A stretch of 64,000 nt of DNA from Leucoraja ocellata (taxonomy: Eukaryota): NCBI GenBank assembly GCA_036785375.1, contig JAWMAR010000248.1:930001-994000 (forward strand), read 5' to 3'. Each line of letters begins with the position of its first letter. Position 1 is the first letter of the stretch. The position numbers were made by a program, and so were the translations under genes. The notes below the pieces were generated by a model. That model did not search any database. It saw nothing but the letters and a program-made list of their open reading frames with translations, and was not told where the DNA came from. Below are positions 37,065 to 50,380 of this stretch, one piece after another.

Positions 37065-37535
37065 CAGCAACATCAATAACCTGTATTTATACGGCACCTG
37101 AAATGCAATAATGCAACTCAGGATGGTCCACAGCCATCAAACAAAGTGCGATACCACGTCCCATGATGAGATTCCAGATCTTGGAACAAGCAGCAGGCAT
37201 CCGGGAGCCTTGTAATGGAAGAAAGAGAGGTACGGATTTGGAGTGGCTTAAGGAGCCAATTCCCAAACCTTGGACGGAGGGTGCGAAGACACAGCTGCCA
37301 GCCGTGGATGGTCAGGCTCACAGGCGCCCATGAGACCGGAATCGAAGGTGTGCGGAAGTCAGAGAGGGTCTCACTGGGGGGAAACGCTGAGAAACATGCA
37401 GAGGTGGATTTTTTTTTATATGGGATAGGAACTGTAAATCAATGATGTTGGTTATCTAGTCAGTGAGCACAGGAATAAATAAAGGGGAAATATTTCGAGT
37501 TAGTAAATGCAGAACGGATTTTCAAAGGACTTGAA
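37065..37535 (-). mobile_element. Old L2-clade LINE 3' fragment
   Basis: cctgtatttatacggcacc tail on minus; ggagccaattcccaaaccttgg (WN-LP region). Confidence 0.5.
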
Positions 37536-37559
37536 GTTTACAGCCCATCGAGGAACTTA

Positions 37560-38140
37560 TGGGCCTGTCTCAGTTAAGCAATATTTTCAGCGACTGACGC
37601 CAACTATCATGGTCGTAGCAGGTTGCCGAAAAACCGGCGACTGGACCCCCCCACGACAATGTCTATAACAACCTACGACATTGTCGTAATCAATGTCGAC
37701 ATCCAGCAACGGCAAGCTATCGACAACCGGCGATCCATTAGGACATCCACCTACGACCTCACCTGCGACAACCTACGTCCACCCGTGACAAGCTACGACA
37801 AGGTAAGACAATTCAGTCGCCTGGACCTGTAGCTGGTTGACGTAGGTAGACGCCAATGGAATTCACCAAAGTTAGCACCGGCGACAACCTCCGTCATCCT
37901 GGCGACACCCTATGACAGCACCTACGTCAGGAGGTCAGGCTACGCTCATTGGCGTCAAGCCAACTGTCGCCGAAAAGATTTGAACATTTCAAAATCCAGC
38001 GGCAACCATAAAAACGCTACTATTCTTTGGGCGACAGAGGAGACTACTCACAACCATACAGGCAACACCCCGGCGACCATGTGGCGACAGCCTAGTCACC
38101 TGTAGTCGCCTAAAATATTGTCCTAAATCGGGCAGGGGCA
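37560..38140. mobile_element. PIF/Harbinger-like MITE, complete, TTA target-site duplication
   Basis: TTA|TGGGCCTGTCTCAGTTAAGCAATATTTT...AAAATATTGTCCTAAATCGGGCAGGGGCA|TTA; internal cctacgaca/ggcgac repeats. Confidence 0.85.
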
Positions 38141-38299
38141 TTACTGTAACAGAGTGATTTGTGCCATAACGCTGGAAATGAATAAGATCTGGGTAGATGA
38201 AATATTCACTCAGTGAAAACAGCTGAAGTTATTCACTTTGCAGAAGTGAGCAGGCTGGCTGGACTGGAGAGTGAGGGCAGTAAAAAGGCAAATGCAGAA

Positions 38300-38795
38300 G
38301 TAGACATAGAACAAATTAATGAAAGGTATACAAAAGTAACAATGATAAGGAAACAGGCCATTGTTAGCTGTGGACAAGGTTAAACCGAGTTACAGACAAT
38401 GAGTCCCAACAAGATGACTTTGAAACTAGTACAACGACTGGGGTGGGAGGGGGATGCAGGGAAAGGTAAAGCAAGGGTTACTTGAAGTTAGAAAAATCAA
38501 TATTTATACCGCCAAGTTGTAGGCTGCCCAAGCAAAATATGAGGTGCTGTTTTTCCAATTTGCATTTGGCCTCACTCTGACAAAGGAGGAGGTCCAGGAC
38601 AGAAAGGTCAGTGTGGGAATGGGACGAGGAATGAAAGTGTGGGAATGGCAACCGGGAGATCAGGTCGGCCCAGGCGCACTGAGCGAAGGTATACAACGAT
38701 ACAGTGAAGGAAACGCTGGAAAACCGCAGGTCAGGCAGCATCTGTGGAAAGAGAAACTGCTAACATTTTGGGTGTCTGGCCCTTCCTCGGAACTG
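38300..38795 (-). mobile_element. Penelope-like retroelement: GIY-YIG endonuclease C-terminus, 3' region and adjacent terminal repeat
   Basis: ORF 38478-38741 HFHSSSHSHTDLSVLDLLLCQSEAKCKLEKQHLIFCLGSLQLGGINIDFSNFK* matches the HF..H...LE..LI..LG.L.P.G.N C-terminal signature of Penelope/Neptune ORFs. Confidence 0.8.
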
Positions 38796-39349
38796 GGAAA
38801 GAGCAGTTAACGTTAGTTTTAACCTTGCTGGTTTAAGTTGCCTCCATTTCAATTGCTGATGTTAAATGTAATTAATTCCATCTGTTCTCTCAGAGACTTA
38901 GGGAATGAAGCGGCAATGGAACGATTTGAAGAATCGATGAAGAATTTCAAAATGGGGCTGTTGCCTCAATGGAAACCAATGTAGCTGTATGGGCACAGTG
39001 CTAGTTGGGGAACCCTACACAAGCAGCAGGGAAGTGAGTGTAGGAGACCAAAGTTATTGGGAGAGGTTCAAGACACTAATTTGCTGACCAAGTGGTGTCA
39101 GTGCTGCCTACATTAATTCTAGGTGTCAAGCCAGCTCATCTTACTCATTGGGGCCCTGCAAGATACTCAATGACAGAGCCAGCTACACATCAACTTGATA
39201 AAAGGTCATCAACACGATAGGTCACCAAGCTGAAGCATCTGTTTCTGCTTCTACAAACCCTGCTTAACAGAATGTAGACATCTACATAGTCATTAAAACC
39301 AGGCCCTTTAGTTCAACAAATCTCTGCCAACCATCAAGCACACACAGGG

Positions 39350-39922
39350 AGTGGTATGGTACGAAACAGGCCCTTTGACGCATCAAGTCCTCATTAACCC
39401 ATCAAGCAACCGCTTGCACTATCCCCACACTAATCTCACTTTATTCTCAACATTGTTCTCAATGTCCCCAAGAATCTATCACTCACCTACATGTTAAGGG
39501 CAATTTAAAACATCCTATTAAACCATCGACCAAAACGTTACATTTTTGATATGTGGGAGGAAACCCATGTAGTCACAAGGAGAACGGGCAAACTTCACAC
39601 AAACAGCTCCAGAGATCAGAATTCAACCTGTGTCACTGTTGCTGTATTAACTGCCTAAAGCACTCGTTGACACTAATCTTACACTAATCCCACTTTTTAG
39701 TGAGATGCATTGTTATCAACTGCCCCTCAGATTCTACCCCTCACCTCCACAATAGTGGAAACTCACTGTGCCAATTAACCCACGTGTCCTTGTAGTACCT
39801 GGAGGCAACACATGCGGTCACAGGGAAAACAGGCATACTCCACACAGACAGCAGCCAAGGTCAGGATTGAACCTAGGATGCTGGAGTCATAAAGCAGCAG
39901 TCCACCAGATGTACCACTGTAT
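39350..39922 (-). mobile_element. Two tandem degenerate HE1-like SINEs
   Basis: Two sets of gtcacaaggagaac/ggtcacagggaaaac and caggattgaacc motifs. Confidence 0.7.
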
Positions 39923-40846
39923 CATCCTACTGATCCACTGAGTGTTTCAAGCATTTTATCTGCCATTTCTGCCTTTGGCATTTTTACTCACAAATTGATG
40001 TTTGGGTCTGATGGGCCAGAGAGAAACAGGAGAAGAAACAAATCAAGAAGGTGCTGAAGTAATTTTTTATGAATAGAAATCATTTTCCAGGATCATTCAT
40101 CTACAAATATCATGCATTCCCCTCACGCCTTGTGAATTCAAAAGGTTGGAAGATTAGTGCAGTGCAATAATAGTAAACCTTGATTTGTTCATAACTGGCT
40201 GATTCTTTTAGCCACTTACTAACTGATGGAGCTTTTTATCAGCAATTAATGGTGGATTCTGCAGTCAGAATGAAGTTCTGTTGGTATTGTGATTTGTGGC
40301 ACTTTGTATACCTATCAGTGAACTGAAATATATTCCACCAACAGCTTGCAAAACACATTAATCAGAGAAAACCATGACAATGGACCTCACGGAATCGCAC
40401 TGGGGGGAAAAAAATCAGCAAATAGACAAAGGGAAAACTACAGGATGGAGGACAAAACGTTTGGATAAAGAGCAATTCAAGGGTAGCTCAGGGTAGTTCA
40501 AGGGTTCACAGAATAAATTCCTGAGCAAGCATCTCAAGTCTTTGATGGCATAGTGCCAGTATGTGAAGAGAAGAGCAACAGACTAAAGACCATTCAAATA
40601 AGTGATTTACAGTGTCAGGAAAGTTGTTTACTATAGATAGCATGCTGTACACGAGAATGTTAAGCACTGGGGACAGGGACCCTATCTAAACCACAAGGAG
40701 CTGAGCTTGTTATCAGTATCACATTACCAACTGACTACAAGCCAAATCACCATGATTTCACACACTGATGTTACTGACAGTGGATTACAGGAACAATTTA
40801 CACAGGCTCTGGTGGGACAGTCTAGAATGAAGGGCCAGTCATAGTG

Positions 40847-41321
40847 TCAAGTTCAAGTGAGTTTATTGTCATGTGTCCCTGATAGGACAATGAAATTCTT
40901 GCTTTGCTTCAGCACACAGAACATAGTAGGCATTGACTACAAAACACAAGACTAAATAAACTGATAAAGTGCAAATAACAGATTATGGGTTATTAATGCT
41001 CAGAATTTTGTCCGAGCCAGGTTTAATAGCCTGATGGCTGTGGGGAAGTAGCTATTCCTGAACCTGGTTGTTGCAGTCTTCAGGCTCCTGTAACTTCTAC
41101 CTGAAGGTAGCAGGGAGATGAGTGTGTGGCCAGGATGGTGTGGGTCTTTGATGATACTGCCAGCCTTTTTGAGGCAGCGACTTCGATAAATCCCCTCGAT
41201 GGAAGGAAGGTCAGAGCCGATGACGGGCTGGGCAGTGTTTACTACTTTTTGTAGTCTCTTCCTTTCCAGGGTGCTCAAGCTGCCGAACCAAGCCACGATG
41301 CAACCGGTCAGCATGCTCTCT
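40847..41321 (-). mobile_element. Rex1/Babar LINE 3' end, relatively young
   Basis: Intact ORF LTGCIVAWFG...LQKVVNTAQ..IG..LPSIE.IY..RCLKKA.SIIKDPHHPGH.L..LLPSGRSYRS....TTRFRNSYFPTAIRLLN. Confidence 0.9.
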
Positions 41322-41926
41322 CAACTATCATAGAGTAATGCAACACAGAAACAGGCCCTTCAGGCTAACCTGCCTGAAGTTCATTTAAAATGGAATAGAT
41401 AGAAATTTCATCCCACAATTGGTAGAGAACCTCTGGAATTCACAACAGAGGGGTTGTGGAGGCTAGATAATTGTGAAATGGACATAGACAAATTATGAAA
41501 TGTTGGGGAAATGTGGACCATGGAAAACTAGCACAGTGGAGGAGTTGAAGCCTAGGGCAGATGCAATGATCATATTGAATGATGGGACAGGCTTGAGGGC
41601 CGAGTGGCCTATTCATGAGCTATGACACATTTGGAACAGAACAGTCAGCGAGGCTTTGTCTGCAGCTTGTCATATCTTATTAACGCAAATGAGTTTTTAG
41701 AGTCAGTGATGAAGGTGATCGATGAGGATACAGCAGGATATTGTCTTCATGGATTTTGGAAGGTCTTATAATAAATTCCCTCGTGGTAGGCAGATCCAGA
41801 AGATTAAGTTGCATGGGATCCATTGTGACTTGTTAGCTGGCTTGGTAAGTAGAACTGGCTTACCCATAGAAAACAGAGGGTGGTGGTGGTGGAAGCGTCT
41901 TATTCTGGTTAGAGGTTGGTGACTAG

Positions 41927-42229
41927 AGGCGACATGGTGTAGCAGTGGTAGAGTTGCTGCCTTACAGCATCAGAGGCACAGGTTCGATCCTGACTACAGG
42001 TGCTTTCTTTAAGGAGTTTATGTGTTCTCCCCATGACCGCGTGGGCTTTCTCCAGTTGCTCCGGTTTCCTCCAACACTCCAAAGACGTACAAGGTTGTAG
42101 GTTAATTGGCTTCGCCAAAGTTTGTAAATTGTCCCTAGTGTGTAGGATAGTGCCAGTGTACAGGGATCGCTGGTCAGCGCGGACTCGGTGGGCAGAAGGT
42201 CCTGTTTCCATGTGGTATCTCTAAACTAA
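41927..42229 (+). mobile_element. HE1-like V-SINE, full length, inserted in the CR1 RT PQG motif
   Basis: ggcgacatggtgtagcagtggtagag A box, ggttcgatcc B box, V-domain, ctctaaactaa tail. Confidence 0.93.
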
Positions 42230-42409
42230 GAGTGTTCCCCAGGGATCTGCGCTGGGACCTTACAGTATATATATTTATAAACGTAAATAGAGATGTGTTA
42301 GATAGTAAGTTTGCAGACTGCACCAAAATTAACAGGATTTGTAAATACTGCGGCAGGCTATCAAGGGATAGAGCGAGATATAGATCAGTTACAGATAAAG
42401 TTACCAACG

Positions 42410-42920
42410 TCCCTCTCCTCGCCTGACTGTCTTTGTGTCCTGGGGTGCCTCCTGCAATGATCTTGTAGGTGCTGGAAGCAAATCCCTGGTCCCTCTCCTT
42501 ACGGCCCATTCCTCACGTCCGTTTCACCGTCTCCTTCATCCTCAGCTCTCCGTTTCTCGGGGCTGAGCTCAGGGGCTTCTGGCCTCCCCCCCTTGCGGAT
42601 GCCGCTGCTTGCCAGGTCCCTAATGGCAATGAAAAAGGGCTGCCGCCATGTGTAGCTGTGGACAGTCCACGTGTCTGTTCATTCAGCCCCACGGCGCATC
42701 CCGGGAGTCTTGAGAACGTGGTGAGAAACTGTTTTCTTGAATCCTGCGGTTCATCTGGAGAAGATACTTCCACAGTGCCGTTCGGGGAGAGAGCTTCACT
42801 AATGAAGGACCAGTGATCGTTCAAACAAAGATAGTGGGTAACTTGGAGGGGACTCTGGAGGTGGTGGTGTTCCCATGTATCTACTGCCATTCTCCTTTGT
42901 GTTTGATGACGACAAAAAGA
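42410..42920 (-). mobile_element. Old CR1/L2-group LINE 3' end nested in CR1
   Basis: Same family as 32000-32760 (ggaggtggtggtgttcccatg; ccacagtgccgttcggggagagagc). Confidence 0.55.
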
Positions 42921-43674
42921 TTCTGTGACAGGACATTGATGTATTGGACCAAAACCAAGCAAATACAGTTTAATGTGAGGAAGTGTGAGGTCATGCACTG
43001 CATTAAGAGGAATTGAAAGGCAAGATTATAATCTAAATGGAGAGACACCATAAATAAGTGAACTACAGAGAGACCGAGGCACTCGTGCATTCAAGACTCA
43101 CAAGATGTTAGCAGGCAGGTCCAACAAGTAGTTAAGAAGGCAAATGGTATGCTGGCCTTATTGCAAAGGGCTTGGAATTTAAGAATAGGGAGGTTTTGTT
43201 ACAGTTGCCCAGGCTGTTGGTGAGACTCCACCTAGAGTACTGTGTGCAGTGTTTGTCTTCGGACCTATAAAGGATATAGCAGCATTGGAGGCAGTCCAAT
43301 GGAGATGTCAACTAGCTAAGTCCTGGAATGTCTATTCAAGAGAGGGAAGATAGTTGTGTCTGCATTCTTACAAGTTTTGAAGAATGAGGGATAGCCTTAT
43401 TCAAACATGTCAGGTACTCAGGTGGCTTGATAGGGTAGACGAGGAAATGGTTTTACTAGTGGGAAAATCTTGCCATGGGGTTATGGGTACAAAATAAAGA
43501 GCTGGTCATTTAAAACTAAAGTGTAGAGAAATTGTTCATTCATGTAGTGAATCTCTGGAATGTTCTGCCTCTGTGGGTGATGAAGGCCAGACCATGAGAT
43601 ATATTTAAGTGAAGATGAGTAACTGCAGTGTATTGCAAAGATAAGGGGTACTTATTGCAGTCACTATGCTTTTT

Positions 43675-43945
43675 TACTTTAGTTTTAGTTTAGAGATATT
43701 GCACGGAAACAGTCCCTTCGGCTCACCGACACTATCCCACACACACTAGGGGCAATTTGCAATTATACCAAGCGGATTAACCTACAAACCTGTACATCTT
43801 TGGAGTGTGGGAGGAAACCGGAGAAAACCAGCGCAGGTCACGAGATAACGTTCAAACTCCGCATAGACAGCAGCCGTGGTCAGGATCGAACACAGGTCTC
43901 TGGCACTGTAAGGCAGCAACTCCACCACTACGCCACCATGCCACA
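43675..43945 (-). mobile_element. HE1-like V-SINE
   Basis: Tail tagtttagagat to head ccactacgccaccatgcc. Confidence 0.88.
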
Positions 43946-44431
43946 AATGTGCTGAGTAGGTGGGAACAAATGTCTTAGTGATTGATAAGGTGCCAATCAG
44001 TCAGGCTGTATAATCCTGAATTGTTGCAGCTCCACTCATCAGAGCAAGTGGAAAGTATTTTATCATATCCCTCACCTATAACTTGCAGTGGATAAAAAGG
44101 ATAAACATTGAGTCATTTGATATTGGATGCCCAAGATCAAATCCATCCTTGATATTTAAGTGGCTGACTGTCGGTTCGAGTTCTTTGCTTGTGGTGGCCC
44201 CCAGGACAATAGGTGGTAATCGATATGAGGTTTGCTTGTCTGTATTTCATCTGCAGCACTGAGACCTGAAGGGGTTTGGAATTAATGTTGAGGACTGCAG
44301 TGCTACTCACTCCTGCCTTTCCACTGCAGAGCCCTCCCATCCAGTGGGGCAGTCCTGTCATGCTGGTGGCACAGGGCATACCCAGGTTTGTGATGGGGGA
44401 GTCTGGCAGCTTTGTAAGGTCTGATTCTGTG

Positions 44432-44742
44432 ACGTGGTGGTGCAGCGGTAGAGTTGCTGCCTCATGGCATTTGCAGCGCTGGAGACCCGGTTTCGATCCC
44501 GACTACAGGTGCTGTCTGTACGGAGTTTGTACGTTCTCCCCATGACCTGCGTGGTTTTTCCCCAAGATCTTCAATTTCATCCCACACTCCAAAGACATAC
44601 AGGTATGTAGGTAAATTGGCTTGGTAAATGTAAAAATTGTCCCTAGTATGTGTAGGATAGTGTTAATATATGGGGATCGCTGGTCAGTGCAGTACAAAGG
44701 CCCTGTTTCCGTGCTGCATCTCTTAACTAAACTAAGCTAAAC
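44432..44742 (+). mobile_element. HE1-like V-SINE inserted in an old minus-strand LINE (about 43950-44900)
   Basis: gtggtgcagcggtagagttgctgcc head to aactaaactaagctaaa tail. Confidence 0.9.
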
Positions 44743-45013
44743 GGTGAGAACAATTATACCAGGCTGTTGCTTGACGAGTCCATGGGACATCCGTCCAAAT
44801 TTAAGCACAGCCCCTGAATGCGAGGTGGACCTAGCAAAGTCGGCTGGACTGGGAGAGGTCGCTGCCATGTTGGAAATCAACGTCTGAGTTGGCCACCAGT
44901 ACCGTTTCATTCCCTCTCTGTTTAAACATTGCAGTAGTGGGCAACCTGGCTATGGATCACTGCCGAGTGCAACAGCATTGCAGAGTCTGGAGTCACATAT
45001 CAGCAGACTAGGT

Positions 45014-45293
45014 TTTTAGAGATACAACATGGAAACAGGCCCTTCGTCTAACCGAGTCCTCATCGACCACACTGGCTCTATGTTATACCACCTTCTCATC
45101 CACTCCCTGCACATTAGAGGCAGTTTTGCAGATGACAATTAACCTACAAACCGTTACACCTTTCAGATGTGGGAGGAAACCAGGTCACCCAGTGGAAACC
45201 CACGCAGTCATAGGGAGAATGTGAAAACCCACACATACAGCAACCAGGGTCTGGATCAAACCCAAGTCTCCGGTGCTGCAAAGCAGCAACTCC
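45014..45293 (-). mobile_element. HE1-like V-SINE with 7-bp TSD actaggt
   Basis: actaggt at 45007-45013 and 45294-45300. Confidence 0.85.
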
Positions 45294-46831
45294 ACTAGGT
45301 AAGGACAGTAGATATCATCTGTGAATGGCATTGGTGAATGAATGGGTTTTCAACCACAATCTAGTGATCTATATTCTTCATTATTATTAACACCACTTGT
45401 TTAGTTACAAATGCAAGATTATTTACAAGTTAAATTCCACAGCTGCTGTGATAGGATTTGAACTCAAGCCTCTGCAATTGTCGGTCGAGGTTCCTGTGCA
45501 AGAATGAGACAGCTGGGCTGTGGACTTCAGAGAGACGCGCACTCTCAGCTCTCTGGACAACAAAGTGCAACTGTGTGTTTGGCAAGAGTAAATCTGTGTT
45601 TGTTGGCACACAAGGATGAATTCCGAGACCTCCTGGGAACAGTCACCAAAGGCTGTTGGAATGGCTGTCAGAAATTCTTTGGGCTGCTCTGTGAATAGCG
45701 GCACTCTGTTCCACACAATCCGAAACAGAGGCAGCCCTGAGCTACAGCCCAACATCAGCCATCCCACAGCTTGTTGGGCCAATGCAAATGCACAACATCA
45801 GTTGTGTGAACGAGGTTAAGAAGCAAAGAATGGCCAATTCTCCTTTCTTTGTTCGTCATTGGAGAGGAGGTTAAGTCTCTTACAATGAAAAGAATTCTCA
45901 TCCATTCTCAAACAGTCTGTCTAAACTTTTTCTACTCAGTCAGTCCTAGCCATCACCTCAACTATCACGCCCACTGTGGACAAATCCAGAAATACAATAT
46001 GATTTTACCATTACACCAATATCAATCACAGTTTTAATAGGATGGAGATGTAACGGTATTGGAGAGCAGAATGATACTGAGCAAATTATGCTTTCTGATA
46101 AAGGGCTCATTATGGATCTGCAGTCCAAGACGCTGTGTTTCGATAGTGGCCTCCACTGGAGGTGGGGTTCAATTCCCGCTCCTGGCAGTTAGACATTTTA
46201 CTGCAGAGAGTTGTACGGCAGGGTGAACACATCCGAGTCCATCACGCAAACCACTCCTCCCATCCCTCCCTGTTAAAATCTTCACGTGCCTTCAGAGCAA
46301 AGTTTTCTTTTGCAAGCATCATCACAATTGCTGTGATTTCTCTTCCTTGCATTTGTCATGGAGTGTGGTCAGCATTTCAGAATTAACAAGATGCAGTTTG
46401 TAATATTTTCACATCATCTCCCAACCTCTAGTTCTGAAAATTGTACGTAATCTGCTGCTGGACCACATTATTCAAGCTGTGAAACTGAAATTAATATTAA
46501 CATGATGGGCAATGACAAAGAAGGAAAAGGAATGCATTCGGCTTCTCTACGTTGCAACGTTTCAGTTGCAAAATACTTTAAACTACATGAAAAAGTCATA
46601 GAATTCCAAATCTATGATTCTTTTTACAACCCAACAACAGGGACTTTCACGAACACAATATAGTTATCAGTCCTTTCATTGAATTCTGTCTCAAACACAC
46701 ATTGGTAGCAATCGCTTTTTATGCATAATTCAAACTCTCTGTAAACAGCTTTGCATGTTTTCTTTCTCCCACACAAAAGGAATCCTTTTTTTTAAATGGA
46801 TAGCGAATAAAACTGCATTCTGAATTCAGCG

Positions 46832-46856
46832 CACACACACACACACACACACACAC

Positions 46857-46888
<32 letters not shown>
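46832..46888. repeat. (CA)n microsatellite, interrupted
   Basis: Direct. Confidence 0.97.
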
Positions 46889-46890
<2 letters not shown>

Positions 46891-47713
46891 TATACAGCCT
46901 AAAGGGCAGGAAAAAAAAGCATAAAGATAATTACAATTTGGGTAGCACCTAATTATACTGCTATTGCTTATCTCGTCCTTATTTTTCAAATGCAGGGAGC
47001 ATCCTAGGAGCTTTGTTCTGGCTCCTTTCCCCTTTCTGCTGGGCTGTTACACAAAGGTGGGCAAGATTCTGCCTCCAATCCCCAACACATTCAATCCCCT
47101 TCAGATCAACAGATCTCCACTGGTGGACTAGACGTTAGGATTTCTGCTGTATTTTGATCATTGATTTGAGTCACGCCAAGCAACAGAATAAGGGAAAACA
47201 TGTCAGGCTTTACAGTGGGAATTCAGTTCCCAAGTGGATTAAAAACACTGATTCACATGCTGTTTTGCCAAGTTTCCTGTGCCTCTGGGCTAATGATCTA
47301 ATCATCATCATGTTAAAAAGATGTTTGTTTTTGCTCAATTTCTCCCTTATTTGATCTGTGTGTGTTCTCTCTTTGCTTTGTCTTATTTCAACATTCATTT
47401 CCTCTCACTGCCTGGTTCACTCCTTCCCTTCGTTCGATCTGCTAGAATTTGCTTGCTGTGCAGCCACTGTTCTCTATGACAGCCCTACTGCTGGTACAAC
47501 ATAAAGTCTCCAAGTTGGCAATGTTTGACAAAGTACTACATCAGCTGCCAAACAGTTTTGTCAGAAGCTAATGCAAAATATTTTTTTACCGCTTAACTAA
47601 CATATATTTGGAAGCAGCATAATAAGTATAATCACTGGGTAACTCTGATCAAGATCATATGCATCTGATGAAATAGTAATCATGTTTCCCCTTCCACAAA
47701 TATCGCCTGATCT

Positions 47714-47985
47714 TTTTAGTTTAGTTTAGAGATACAGCGCGGAAACAGGCCATTCAGCTTACCGAATCCGTGCCGACCAGCGATCCACATATACTAACAC
47801 TATCCTACACACACTAGGGACAATTCCAATTTTACCAAACAAATTAGCCTACAAACCTGTATGTCTTTGGACTGCGGGAGGAACCGGAGCTCCTGGAGAA
47901 AAACCACGCAGGTCACAGGGAGAACGCACAAACGACGCACAGTCTCTGGAGCTGTAAGGCAGTAACTCTACTGTTGCGCCACCAT
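47714..47985 (-). mobile_element. HE1-like V-SINE
   Basis: tttagtttagtttagagatacagcgcggaaacaggcc tail; V-domain; partly deleted head. Confidence 0.9.
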
Positions 47986-48704
47986 GTTGCTTGATCAGCT
48001 GAGTATCTCCAGTGTTTTCTGCTTTAATATCAAATTTGCAGCATCTGGATTTGTGTTGCTTTTAGATCGCAGCAATCCTACCTGTCTAATTGTAATGCTC
48101 GTTAAAACTTGCTACGGCAATTTTTCAGCTGACCTCCAAGATTTAAAACTAGCAAACATTGTTACACAATTCTCCATGACAGCTAGTCATTGTCTTCTTC
48201 TCCTTCACCTTTCCAAGGACACAAGGAGCCTTGCCCTTGATCTGCACAATGCGGGATGAGGTGCCTCACTGCAACCGATGTCCCAGGATGGGTTGATGTC
48301 TGTGCTCCTTGGTTCCAGATTCATGGTCCGAGTCAACGAGCCACTTCCACAGTAGGCAGCGTGGGAGGAATAGAGAGGCCTGGTTAAATCTGGGGATCCT
48401 GATAAGTTGTTAGTGACAAGATATTGTTCTCTGCATTGCGTGTGATTCTCGCAGATGTTGTTAGATCACTGTGGGTGGACAAAATGGTGATGTGGACCAG
48501 CATTGGGTGGGGCAGTGGGTTGAAGGGCCAGGCGGCATATCTGTACTTTGATGTGGGGATGGTGATGCAGGACGGTGTTCCACACCACAGGGTACCACGC
48601 CCTGCACTACCCTCAGACTCATCCACTATTTCCCGACTTGTCTGGGCCAGGTTCACCACGGCTTTTACTTTCTCGTCAATTTCACCAAGACGATTGGCTC
48701 TGTG

Positions 48705-48975
48705 ATGCAGCTAGTTGCGCTGATGGCTGCTTCCCAGCACCAGGGACTGGGTTCAATCCTGACCTTGGGCGCTGTCTGTGTGGAGTTTGCACATTCTCCT
48801 AAAGACGTGCGGGTTTATAGGTTAATTGCCATCTGTAAATTGCACCTGGTGTGCAAGGAGTGGATGAGAAAGTGGGATAATATAGAATCAGTGGGAATGG
48901 GTAATTGATAAATGGCATGGACTCGATGGGCCGAAGGGCCGGTTTCCATGCTCTATGTCTATATCAAAACTAAAC
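48705..48975 (+). mobile_element. HE1-like V-SINE
   Basis: gggttcaatcctgacc B box; ggactcgatgggccgaagggccggtttccatgct tail. Confidence 0.85.
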
Positions 48976-49999
48976 AAGCAGGTTGGTTGCATAAATTGTT
49001 CTTAGTGTATATTTAAATGGTAGAATATGGGAGAAGGAAAGAGGAATGGTGGGAGATGGTTTAGGATTGGGATAAATGGGTGCCTGATTGTTGGCATGGA
49101 GATGTGGGTCGAAGATGACTGTAGGAGCTGATATCTGAAAGTTCCATCAGGATCCAGGTCTAGAAATATAATTCCAGCTGATACATCAGACAATGCTGAG
49201 AAATTAGCCCAGTGTGCTGGGTGCTTGACACTAAAGTTTAATAGTCCCCAATTTCACTTTTATTTTTAGTAGGCACTGTCCACCATTGGAAAGCACATTG
49301 CTACTTCAGTTTAACCTGGTTCAAACTCACTAACATGAGCACTACCATTTACACTATACCGTCACTAATCCCATACTATTCTCTTGCCAATCCCCCTAAT
49401 TCCTACCATATTCTGCCACTCACCTATAAACTAAATGTATGCAAAAAAAAAAAATCACTGTACTTAGGTAATTCGAGAATAATACCATTGAAGCAGAGAA
49501 GAGTAATTTGCAGTGGCTGATTAACCTCCCAACTTGCATGTCTTTGGGAAATGGGAGGAAACTAACATGGTCACAGGGTCAGTGTGCAAACCAAAGATAC
49601 TTTGATGCAAACACCAGAGGAGACGACGTCAGGATTGAAGCCGGATCGCAGAGGCTGTGAGGCAGCAGCGTCACCAGCAGATGAGGTGTATTGCCTATAG
49701 GAACATAAGAAACTGAAACAGTAGAAGGCCCCCCTCCCCCAATGTCTGCTCCACCCTTTAATAAGATCATGGATGATCTGACATCAACACCACTTGCCTG
49801 CATAACTCTACAAATATCAATTTCTTTGATGTCAAAAAATCTATCAACGTCTCTCCTGCACATATAATGTTTTCCTTATTCAGAAACATTCCCATTCTAT
49901 TTGAAACCTGTTAAGTACCATGTTACAACAAACCAACCCACACCCATAGTATAGATTCTTTTAAGCTTATAAAATCATGAGATGAATGGATAAGGTGTC

Positions 50000-50380
50000 G
50001 AGACAAAGAACAGCAGATGCTGGTTAATACACATAAGGCACAAACTACTGGAAGTAACCCTGCAGGTCAGGCAGCATCTCTGGCGAACATGGATCGGTGA
50101 TGTTTTGGGCCAACCCTTCTTCAGACTCAAGGTGAATAGCCACAGTCTTTCCCCAGAACATGGGAGTCTAAATCGAGCGGGTGTAATAAACAAGCTGCCA
50201 GAGAAGAGCTGGATTTTGGTACAATTACAATGTTGAAGAGACTGGTACAAGGATAGGAAAGATTTGGATATATATGGGCCAGGTACAGGCAACCAGACTA
50301 GCTCTTTGGACAATAGTGTCAGCATGGACAAGTTGGGTTGAATGTCAGTTTGCTTGCTGTAGACCATGGTTCTGTTACAC
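50000..50380. mobile_element. Penelope terminal repeat (-, 50000-50127) abutting CR1 3' fragment (+)
   Basis: caggtcaggcagcatctctgg...gatgttttgggccaacccttcttcagact; then gtgaatagccacagtcttccccaga CR1 sequence. Confidence 0.7.

Larger units (their letters stand above)
41395..43620 (+). mobile_element. Decayed CR1 fragments hosting nested insertions
   Basis: DIVFMDFGRSYNKFP, VTS|VPQGSALGP, SKFADCTK, QIQFNVRKCEVMH, LHLEYCVQ motifs in order; a separate 3' end at 41395-41625. Confidence 0.8.

Noticed and set aside
41927-42000. tRNA-like A and B boxes here and in other SINE heads
   Set aside because: SINE heads continuing into the V-domain; not tRNA genes.
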